Origin: Candidatus Heimdallarchaeota archaeon
Lineage (GTDB): Archaea; Asgardarchaeota; Heimdallarchaeia; Heimdallarchaeales; Heimdallarchaeaceae
Reading direction: 5' to 3'
NCBI GenBank assembly: GCA_030668875.1
Contig: DAOVER010000059.1
Location: 1 to 15,760 of the forward strand
DNA length: 15,760 bases
Each line of letters begins with the position of its first letter. Position 1 is the first letter of the stretch. Made by a program: the position numbers and the translations under genes. The notes below the pieces were generated by a model, which was not told the origin of the DNA, did no database searches, and worked only from the letters and a program-made list of their open reading frames with translations. Of this stretch, positions 8,110 to 15,760 are shown in pieces.

Positions 8110-8928
8110 ATGCTACAGTTCAGACAATTTAAGGAAGAGGATTGGGAAGATTTCACTAAGCTAAACACAGAAGCTTTTCCTAGAGATAATATGAAAAGGG
8201 AAATTTACCTAAATAGTATTGGTAATGATGGGTTTATTGGTGCCTATGTAGAGGATAAATTAATTGGTTTTCTTATTCTTAGAATATTGGGTGATTATGC
8301 TCACTTAGGTCAGATTGCAGTAGCTGAAGGAGAGAGAGGAAAAGGTTATGGAAAACAATTGATGGATTATTCTATCAATTATTTTAAAGAGAACAATTCA
8401 GAAACTGTGGGTTTGTATGTGGAAACCAAAAATGACATAGCTATAAATCTCTATCATAAATATGGTTTTGCTGAAAAATTTGAATCATGGCATTATTGGA
8501 TCAATAAAGAACAAGTCAAAGAGATAGAAACTAAAGAAAAAAATGTTAAGGCGTCTATTAAGGTTTTAAATATCGAAAATTATGATGACGTTATCAATGT
8601 CTTCCACCAAATCAATAGGGAGGAACTAAGAAGTCACTTGGAGAAATATCAAGAATCACCCGTAAACACATCTATCCCTCTGGGTTTGTTTGTAAAAGGA
8701 CAGCTTAAGGTTTATGGTAGATTTAATGCAATATTTTCTGGGTGCAGACCATTTTATTGTACTAATGTAAAACATGTTGATGAATTTCTAAGAAGGTTGA
8801 GTCAATACCGAGAAGATAAGAAATATTATAGAATTACTTTTGAAAAGGACGAGGATTTGACAAGATTTTTTGATAGTAAAAAATACAACCTACATCATCA
8901 TATGTGGATAATGGAGAAAAAAATGTAA
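8110..8928 (+). CDS. GNAT acetyltransferase (RimI-like N-terminal domain) with an unassigned C-terminal half
   Basis: Motif A QIAVAEGERGKGYGKQL and motif B LYVETKNDIAINLYHKYGF. TTTATAA at 8076-8082, 27 nt before the ATG. Confidence 0.85.
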   Translation: MLQFRQFKEEDWEDFTKLNTEAFPRDNMKREIYLNSIGNDGFIGAYVEDKLIGFLILRILGDYAHLGQIAVAEGERGKGYGKQLMDYSINYFKENNSETVGLYVETKNDIAINLYHKYGFAEKFESWHYWINKEQVKEIETKEKNVKASIKVLNIENYDDVINVFHQINREELRSHLEKYQESPVNTSIPLGLFVKGQLKVYGRFNAIFSGCRPFYCTNVKHVDEFLRRLSQYREDKKYYRITFEKDEDLTRFFDSKKYNLHHHMWIMEKKM

Positions 8929-8998
8929 AAAAGCGGGTTGGGGGTAAAACAGCTCTATTTTTTTGCCTTTATAAAGGATAGTCACAGTATACTATTAG

Positions 8999-9265
8999 AT
9001 GCAAACTCAGGATATTGAGGGAGTTAGTAATTCAGAATATCTTAGAGAAAAATATCCTTGTTACAATTATGCAATTCATTTTTTGGAATCTGAAGAAATA
9101 ACAAAACGAAGACTAGGTTATGCACTGTTGGCTCCCCTTTTTAGAACTTTGCCAGAGGAAGTTAAGGAACTAATACGTTATATTTGGCAAAATGATACAG
9201 AGAAAGGAAAGATACCTTACTCTTTTGTTAAATGTTGCAAAAAAATTTTCATGGGTGAAGATTAA
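8999..9265 (+). CDS. Hypothetical 88-aa protein
   Basis: Fills the intergenic gap; TTTATAAA at 8968-8975 ends 23 nt before the ATG. No recognisable motif. Confidence 0.55.
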   Translation: MQTQDIEGVSNSEYLREKYPCYNYAIHFLESEEITKRRLGYALLAPLFRTLPEEVKELIRYIWQNDTEKGKIPYSFVKCCKKIFMGED

Positions 9266-9284
9266 CTCATGATTCTTTTAATCA

Positions 9285-9494
9285 CTAAACCTGTAATTGA
9301 GATTCAGTATGTATTGCAGAAGCTTCTGCAGCAGCCTGTTCTCCTTCAGCGCTAAACTCTTTTGTTAAACCACGTTTGATAGGATGTTTCGTGGAACCTC
9401 GCATAGAATGACGTCTTTTGATAGTAATTAAGATAGAAACAAGAATAAAAAAACCAATAATACCAAACATAATAATGAGACCTGTTGGAAACAT
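9285..9494 (-). CDS. Small single-pass membrane protein (69 aa)
   Basis: MFPTGLIIMFGIIGFFILVSILITI hydrophobic helix followed by the basic stretch KRRHSMRGSTKHPIKRG and an acidic tail. The start is reassigned from 9539 to ATG 9494; this choice is a judgement. Confidence 0.6.
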   Translation of the reverse strand: MFPTGLIIMFGIIGFFILVSILITIKRRHSMRGSTKHPIKRGLTKEFSAEGEQAAAEASAIHTESQLQV

Positions 9495-9747
9495 CAAGTA
9501 AATTATAGTAATGAAAGATAATAAAACTTTGCAATTCAAGATTGAATTAGGGAGGAAGTTTTTCTCATGTGAAAGAAAAGCTCATTGCTCCAGAGTATGA
9601 GATCATATTTCATCAAACCAATTTCAATTCATTGCTAATCTTAACACATTTTGAGAACTGTTATAAAATTAGGTTAGAAATATAAAAAACATTGCGAAAA
9701 TAACGTTTATGTATTTTCACTTGATAAGTGCACTAATTGTGATACAA

Positions 9748-10776
9748 ATGAGAATAGGTGTGTTAACTGGTGGGGGAGATTGTCCAGGTTTGAATGCAGT
9801 CATAAGAGCTATAGGAAGAAAAGGGATAGTTCAGTACAATGATGAATTTATTGGATTAAAAAACGGGTGGGCAGGACTAATGAATCTAAATTACGTTAAC
9901 TTAGAGCGCAAAAATCTAAGTGGAATATTACATTTAGGGGGGACAATTCTTGGATCGTCTAGAACCAATCCAGAAAAAGAAGAAGGAGGATACGAACGAG
10001 CTATAGAGAACTTCAAAAAACTAAAACTTGATGCTTTGATTATTATAGGGGGTAATGATACATTAGGTGTTGCACAAAAACTACATGAGATGGGTATTCC
10101 TGTCGTTGGTGTGCCTAAGACCATAGACAATGATATCTGTGCTACCGATATGACTTTTGGTTTTGATACAGCTGTATCAGTTGCAACAGAAGCTATAGAT
10201 CGTTTACACACAACCGCAGAATCACATCACCGTTGTATGGTAGTAGAAGTGATGGGGAGACACGCTGGATGGATAGCAACTTATTCAGGAATAGCAGGAG
10301 GAGCAGATTTCATACTAATACCTGAAGAGGAAATCGCTTTAAAAGACATAATAAATGTGGTACAAAGAAGAATAGAGAAAGGAAAACTGTTTTCAATTAT
10401 TGTTGCAGCTGAGGGAGCAAAATTGAAAGAAACAGGGATAGTAGAAAAATTCAAAGAGACGGACGATTTCGGAAATGTGAGACTAGGAGGGATAGGAGAT
10501 GGATTAGCAAGAGCAATAGAAAAAAGGACAGGAATAGAATCAAGAGCAGTGGTATTGGGACATGTTCAAAGGGGAGGAACACCGACAGCTTATGATAGAG
10601 TTTTAGGCACAAAATATGGAATAGCAGCAATTGATATGGTTCACAAAGGGGAATTTGGTATGATGACATCTCTTCAAGGAACAAAAGTTAGACCGGTGCC
10701 AATATTGGATGGAGTAAAGGAATCAAAGATAGTCGACAAAGAGACATATGAAGTAGCTAAGGCTTTCTTTGAGTAG
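9748..10776 (+). CDS. pfkA: 6-phosphofructokinase, PfkA family group III-like, probably PPi-dependent
   Basis: MRIGVLTGGGDCPGLN, GGTILGSSR, GGNDT, PKTIDND, VEVMGRHAGW and LGHVQRGG. The start is moved to ATG 9748, where the family N-terminus begins. Confidence 0.95.
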   Translation: MRIGVLTGGGDCPGLNAVIRAIGRKGIVQYNDEFIGLKNGWAGLMNLNYVNLERKNLSGILHLGGTILGSSRTNPEKEEGGYERAIENFKKLKLDALIIIGGNDTLGVAQKLHEMGIPVVGVPKTIDNDICATDMTFGFDTAVSVATEAIDRLHTTAESHHRCMVVEVMGRHAGWIATYSGIAGGADFILIPEEEIALKDIINVVQRRIEKGKLFSIIVAAEGAKLKETGIVEKFKETDDFGNVRLGGIGDGLARAIEKRTGIESRAVVLGHVQRGGTPTAYDRVLGTKYGIAAIDMVHKGEFGMMTSLQGTKVRPVPILDGVKESKIVDKETYEVAKAFFE

Positions 10777-10811
10777 AAGTAATGTAAAAAAAGAAAGGTA
10801 AAAAAGAGAAA

Positions 10812-13745
10812 TCAAATTACATATTGTTCTGATGTTTCCACATTTGATGCAGGATTATATAAACACCCATCTTTAGCTAAATTAGTCACAATTGCAATAA
10901 ACGTTCCTGATTGTCTTATATTTGTAAATGTTAGTGTAGCTATTCCCTCTGCATTAGTAGTTGCAGTCAGAACTGTTTTTGAATTATCAGGAAGTGTTAG
11001 CTCAACTGTTACCAAAACATCAGCTAATGAATTTTCATCACTATCCCTCACAGAAACTGTGACAGTCACAGTGTATTTTGGATTGTTTGGAGGTCCAGTT
11101 TGGGTATGTGTTACTGTGATTGAATGAACATGAATTTCTAAAGTTGAGGTACCATCATTTGCAGCACCGGGGGTTGGAGTAGTAAAAGTAGTCCAAGTAG
11201 AAGCACCATCAGTCTCTCGACCTATGGAGATGTCATTAGAGCTACTGGAATATGTATGGGAGTCAATAAGTGTAGAACCATCAGTTGCTAAAAGGTTAAC
11301 ATTATCACCATCGTTATTTAGAGCTAAACCAGTTGTACCTTGATAAAACACTAAGTAACCGCCAGCGACAATTATCGTTCCACCAGCAATTGTATAAGGA
11401 GAGGTTCCTCCACCTATAAGATCATCTAAAACGCATCCTGAAAGATCAACATCATCTACAGAAGGATTATACAACTCTATCCATTCTTCAGAATATAAAA
11501 CATATGGATCAGGGAGGTACTCATTAATTATTATGTCAAAAACATCACCACTAGAAGAACCACCATTATTTGCAGCACCGGGGGTTGGAGTATTAAAAGT
11601 GGTCCAAGTAGAAGCACCATCAGTCTCTCGACCTATAGAGATGTCATCAGAACTGCTAGAATAGGTATGAGTATCAATAATAGTAGAACCATCTGTATCA
11701 ATAAAATTAACATCATCACCATCATTATTCAAATAAATTCCAGTTGTTGACTGATACAAAACGAGATAACCGTTTGCTGGTATTATGGTTCCTCCAGGGA
11801 GAGTATATAATGAAGTCCCACCACCAATAATATCATCAATTTTACATCCAGAAACATCAACCTCTTCACTTACTGGATTATACAATTCTATCCATTCTTC
11901 GGTATAGAGACTGAACGGATCCGGAAGATATTCATTAATAACTATCATTGAAGGATCTGCTACAATTCCGTCATTATCAACAGTTACAGTTATTTGATGA
12001 ATTCCTACATTTGATGATGGGTCAGTTGCTTCTGCTCTAATAGTGTGGATACCTTCTGAATAAACAGTTGTATCCCAGACATAAGAAGAACCTGTTGAAA
12101 CTTCAATTCCATCTATAAGTATCCTTTGAGATACCACACTATCATCATCTGTTGCATCTACTGTAATAGTAACTGAATCACTAACGATGGAATCATCAGC
12201 TGGATTGGTTATTGTTACTGAGGGAGGAATAAAATCTCCCCCACTACCGCTTAAATCAAAGATAGCATCAACTGAAAGGTGATCCGAACCTGTTAACGTA
12301 TGTGCAGTATCACCAGTTGTGGAACTCAAGATGTAGGAGGAGAGCTGTTGATTTACATAGATGAAATCTATTCTAGAATCATAATCTGGAGTAGTAATTC
12401 CTAAATCAGTAGGATGTAGAGTTCGGAATATATCAGTGAAATCATGAATAGTTGATTGATATTGACTGAAATCTTCGCTAGTTTCAGGATTAACATAGGG
12501 GGGAACTAACATAGAGCAAGGACCATAACCCAAACCACTCTGAAGCGTATTGAGTGTGTAATCCTCTGGACTGAAAGAATTGAGGTCACCCATATACATG
12601 ATGGGAACTGAACCAAGATTATCCATATAATTAATAATACCTTCTTGTTCCCACTCACGTCTTTGCTCGTTATCTGCTCCAGGCATGGCCTTAAGATGAG
12701 AACCAATAAAAGAGATTGGGGTTCCATAAACATTAACTACAGCATGTAAGAAATCGTGAGTAACATCATAATCTGTACTATCATCAAGAGGAACTGTCAT
12801 AAGTTGATTAGTTTCCATAATTGGAAAACGACTCAGGATTGCTGCACCACTTGTGCTGTAGCTAATATCTTGTAGAGTATAACCAATGTATGGATCCTCA
12901 CTAGAGAAGTAAGCATTAAATTCTGCAACGTACTGGTCAAGTTTAGCATTACTATTATCGTCCCAATAACCTGTTTCAATAAAAATGAGGATATCAGCAT
13001 TTTCTTCATATACCACATCTTTCCAATCTGGATGAGTTGAAGATTCACCACTCTCTTTGATGTTGTATGCCATTACTTTGAAAGGAGAGCCAATGATGGA
13101 ATTGTTCACTGTAACAGAAATACTATCGAACCCTAAATTTGATGAGGGATCGGTTGCCTCAGCTCGAATAATGTGTGACCCATCTTGTTCTAAAGTAGTA
13201 TCCCAAGAATAGGAAGAACCACTAGCTACCAAGATTCCATCTATAAATATGGATTGCGTGTCTATTCCATTTTCATCAGTAGCAGAAACAGAAATAGTTA
13301 TGGTACCAGAAACGGTAGAATCATCGTTTGGGGCAGTGATAGTAACTACAGGAGGGGTTGTATCACCAGAACCGCCGTTAGAAACAGTTACAATTACAGA
13401 ATCTGTACCTTCTACAGTTTTATCTTTAGCATAAGCTTCGATTGTATGAGAACCATCAGAATGAGTTGTGGAATCCCATGAATAGGTATAGGAATAAGTT
13501 ACGACTGTAACACCATCAATTCTAATACCATACTCTTTAATCGAATTTTGTTGGTCATAAGCCTCAAAAGTTATTGATAAAGTGCCACTAACAGTTGCAC
13601 CATCTGCAGGAGCGAGAATGGTCACAACAGGGGGAATGTTATCGGGTTTATCAGCACCAATAAGTACGGCTTGGTTTGCAAGAACAATTATAGCAACAAA
13701 TACAAAAACAACTCGGAGAGAATTTCTATTTATGTTTTTCAACAT
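10812..13745 (-). CDS. Secreted multidomain protein: signal peptide, 2 Ig-like (Big), EEP nuclease/phosphatase domain, Ig-like, 2 lamin-tail domains, C-terminal beta-sandwich
   Basis: Hydrophobic N-terminus. Three DxxPPxVTIxxPxD...WD(S/T)T...DG.H.I.A.A.D Ig repeats (about 13643-13378, 13364-13101, 12236-11973). EEP motifs YNI, IETG, SHLKA, GDLNS, RIDFI and SDHL (about 13083-12251). Two INEYLPDP...EWIELYNP...TPGAAN LTDs (about 11949-11563, 11535-11155). SD GGTGA upstream. Confidence 0.88.
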   Translation of the reverse strand: MLKNINRNSLRVVFVFVAIIVLANQAVLIGADKPDNIPPVVTILAPADGATVSGTLSITFEAYDQQNSIKEYGIRIDGVTVVTYSYTYSWDSTTHSDGSHTIEAYAKDKTVEGTDSVIVTVSNGGSGDTTPPVVTITAPNDDSTVSGTITISVSATDENGIDTQSIFIDGILVASGSSYSWDTTLEQDGSHIIRAEATDPSSNLGFDSISVTVNNSIIGSPFKVMAYNIKESGESSTHPDWKDVVYEENADILIFIETGYWDDNSNAKLDQYVAEFNAYFSSEDPYIGYTLQDISYSTSGAAILSRFPIMETNQLMTVPLDDSTDYDVTHDFLHAVVNVYGTPISFIGSHLKAMPGADNEQRREWEQEGIINYMDNLGSVPIMYMGDLNSFSPEDYTLNTLQSGLGYGPCSMLVPPYVNPETSEDFSQYQSTIHDFTDIFRTLHPTDLGITTPDYDSRIDFIYVNQQLSSYILSSTTGDTAHTLTGSDHLSVDAIFDLSGSGGDFIPPSVTITNPADDSIVSDSVTITVDATDDDSVVSQRILIDGIEVSTGSSYVWDTTVYSEGIHTIRAEATDPSSNVGIHQITVTVDNDGIVADPSMIVINEYLPDPFSLYTEEWIELYNPVSEEVDVSGCKIDDIIGGGTSLYTLPGGTIIPANGYLVLYQSTTGIYLNNDGDDVNFIDTDGSTIIDTHTYSSSSDDISIGRETDGASTWTTFNTPTPGAANNGGSSSGDVFDIIINEYLPDPYVLYSEEWIELYNPSVDDVDLSGCVLDDLIGGGTSPYTIAGGTIIVAGGYLVFYQGTTGLALNNDGDNVNLLATDGSTLIDSHTYSSSSNDISIGRETDGASTWTTFTTPTPGAANDGTSTLEIHVHSITVTHTQTGPPNNPKYTVTVTVSVRDSDENSLADVLVTVELTLPDNSKTVLTATTNAEGIATLTFTNIRQSGTFIAIVTNLAKDGCLYNPASNVETSEQYVI
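11155..11949 (-). repeat. Tandem 411-nt (137-aa) duplication encoding the two lamin-tail domains
   Basis: 11159-11240 and 11570-11651 differ at 4 of 82 nt; the rest of the unit is more diverged. Confidence 0.9.
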
Positions 13746-13874
13746 TTTTTCACCTTTGAACTTAGACTATTATCTACAATTAGAATAAATAACTTACAAC
13801 CAATAAAAGTCAATAGAATATTTAAAAGTTTCAGAGACTAGATGAAAAATAATACATATAAAAAGAGAATAATA

Positions 13875-13978
13875 TGGTGGGGACTGGGTGATTTGAACAC
13901 CCGACCAATTGGTTTTGCCGACATTGTTAAACAATGTTCTCTGGAGCCAACCACTCTACCGGACTGAGCCAAGTCCCC
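13875..13978 (-). tRNA. trnW: tRNA-Trp(CCA) with a 27-nt intron at 37/38 (13914-13940) and encoded 3'-CCA
   Basis: Acceptor GGGGACT/AGTCCCC+A+CCA; D arm GCTC/GAGT; anticodon stem GTTGG/CCAAT with CT-CCA-G; T arm GGGTG-TTCAAAT-CACCC. The mature tRNA is 77 nt. Confidence 0.95.
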
Positions 13979-14011
13979 TACCGGTTGCTCGTTTCTTTGT
14001 TCCCTTTATCT

Positions 14012-14026
14012 TTTTTTAAGGTTTTC
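14012..14026 (-). promoter_or_regulatory. BRE/TATA promoter of tRNA-Trp
   Basis: Minus-strand GAAAACC-TTAAAAAA, with the TATA element 33-40 nt upstream of the mature 5' end. Confidence 0.55.
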
Positions 14027-14144
14027 TTTATAGTTTTTACATATATTCCCCAGCGAATAATTCAATCCATTTTTCGTAGAAAGAAATTCCATCTACTAAA
14101 AATTTATTAAATAAAAGACCTTTACCTTGTTTTAAGGAATAAAA

Positions 14145-15760
14145 ATGAAAAGGGGAGTTGGAAAATCAAAAAAAGTTATTGTAGGATTAATTATTACTAT
14201 ATTATTTGTCTTTTCTCTAAATATAAGCACATTAAGAACCACATCATCAATTAATGACCGTTCAGATCTAGAACACATTTTTCTAACCTTGACCCCTCAC
14301 AACCCTATCATCATAGATTATGACTTTCAATTCACATCCTATAGTTCTTCTGGTTCAGGAACTAAATCTGATCCTTACATCATTGAAAATTATAATATTA
14401 CAACATCTGATTCTGATATTGTCGGTATCCATATTGCTGATACAACTAGATATTTCGTTATTCGCAATTGTTATGTGGCGGTAGAAGGTGTCGGTATTGT
14501 TATTTCCAACATTGCTCACGGAACAGCATTAATAGTGAATAACACACTTAATAGAAACAGAGATGGGGGTATCTCGATTAATTATTCATCTGGTGTTAAA
14601 TTGACTAACAACAAATGTAATAACAATAGATATGGAATCAGCCTTAATAGCGCTTCTAGTTCAATTGTTGTTAACAACACTTGTAGTAGCACAGACTATG
14701 GAATCTTCATTTTGGACTCACTTGGTTCAACTTTGCTCAATAACACCCTTTATGGTGGAGGTTTGGATTTCCGCGAATTTAATATAATAGAGGATTTTAT
14801 GAATATGACAGTTGAGAATAATTGGGTGAATGACAAAAGACTCGGTTATTATACAAATCTAACTAATTCTACTTTTTCAGAACCTCTTTATGGTCAGTTA
14901 TTTCTGATTAATTGTACAGAAATAATAGTATCTAACCAACAAATGTCCTCTATTAATATTGGTTTGATGATACGTTGGTGTGAAAATATCACTCTAATTA
15001 ATAACACATGTAGTAACAGTGATACAGGTATTTTCTTGAGAGACTCATTTGGTTCTACACTGATCAATAATACTTGTAGTAATAACTACGATGGCATCTA
15101 TCTACAATATTCCCCCAGAGCCTATTTTACTAATAACACTTGTAGAAACAATTACTATGGGATTTTTCTATATGCTTCCCCTAATTCTAGTCTTGTTAAC
15201 AACACTTAGTAATAACACCGATGGTATATATCTATCGCACTCTTCTGGATCAGTAATAATCAACAATTCATTAGTAAATGATGGATTCTATATCTCCGAG
15301 TCGGGTATTGATGGATATCTAGGTTATTATTTCGAAAATAACAAGGTAAACAAAAAAGAATTAGGTTATTACATTAATCTGGATGAAGCGGCTCTATTAG
15401 AACCACTTTATGGTCAACTATTCTTAATCAATTGTACGGACACAGAAGTAGCAAATCAAGAAATTTTCAACACTACTAAAGGTATATCGATGCGTTGGTG
15501 TGAAAATATCACTTTAGTTAATAACACATGTAATAGCAATATCGAGAGTTATAGATTGGAAGATTCATCGGGATTAACAATTTTCAATAACACTTGTAAT
15601 AATAATTCCAGTGGTATGAAACTTTCTTCTTTGTCTGGATTAGTTTTGGATAATAACACCTTTAATGACAACTATATAGGAATCAGTCTGTGGTACTCAC
15701 CTGATTCAATTGTGAATAATAGTATGTGTGACAGTAATTATGTCGGTATCTGGTTATTTG
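14145..15760 (+). pseudogene. NosD/CASH-type right-handed beta-helix cell-surface protein, frameshifted at about 15207 (pseudogene or sequence error); runs off the right edge
   Basis: N-terminal hydrophobic anchor or signal; GSGTKSDPYIIENYNI; repeated NNTC.NN..GI.L units; many N-x-S/T sequons. The ORF stops at TAG 15207-15209, but the same repeats continue without a stop from 15208 in the +1 frame (SNNTDGIYLSHSSG...EPLYGQLFLINCT...) to the window end. Confidence 0.85.

Noticed and set aside
11159-11651. Near-identical repeat pair as a DGR template/variable repeat
   Set aside because: The four mismatches on the coding strand (C/A, T/C, C/T, A/G) are not adenine-restricted, both copies are in-frame coding, and there is no RT in the window.
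11155-11949. Lamin-tail domains as a eukaryotic signature protein
   Set aside because: LTDs are widespread in secreted prokaryotic hydrolases, and there is no coiled-coil lamin rod here.
733-13788. Short overlapping ORFs in the track (733..918, 1137..1319, 1219..1524, 2149..2544, 2478..2768, 2775..3029, 2790..3020, 3879..4112, 6003..6212, 6832..7053, 7129..7641, 7551..7796, 9352..9534, 9891..10211, 10451..10684, 12506..12733, 12833..13051, 13249..13434, 13254..13481, 13582..13788)
   Set aside because: They are shadow or alternate frames of well-supported genes and carry no motifs of their own.
13914-13940. Box C/D guide RNA in the Trp intron
   Set aside because: It is only 27 nt and contains no RUGAUGA or CUGA box.
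13875-13978. tRNA-Trp as the attachment site of an integrated element
   Set aside because: I found no duplicated tRNA fragment and no integrase in the window.
15207-15212. TAG readthrough (pyrrolysine or recoding)
   Set aside because: The next in-frame codon is TAA, and homology continues only in a different frame.

Overview
AT-rich archaeal chromosomal window. An Asgard/Heimdallarchaeia-like origin is inferred only from gene style: an intron-containing tRNA, TATA/leaderless promoters, an HTH_45-type regulator and NosD-type surface proteins. Left to right it holds: the end of a GC-richer, hairpin-packed non-coding element that cuts off the 5' end of upp; a heterodimeric ABC exporter pair; an S9 peptidase; a long bactofilin-like beta-solenoid protein and a winged-HTH gene; a GNAT; two small orphan ORFs; a PfkA-family phosphofructokinase with PPi-type residues; a 977-aa secreted Ig/EEP/lamin-tail protein; tRNA-Trp(CCA) with a 27-nt intron; and a beta-helix surface-protein gene broken by a 2-nt deletion that runs off the right edge. 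The most unusual signal is at 1-142, where a hairpin loop inside the upp-interrupting element is perfectly complementary (9 nt) to the sequence at its insertion junction. Only the element's last ~130 nt are visible, so its identity cannot be fixed from this window.
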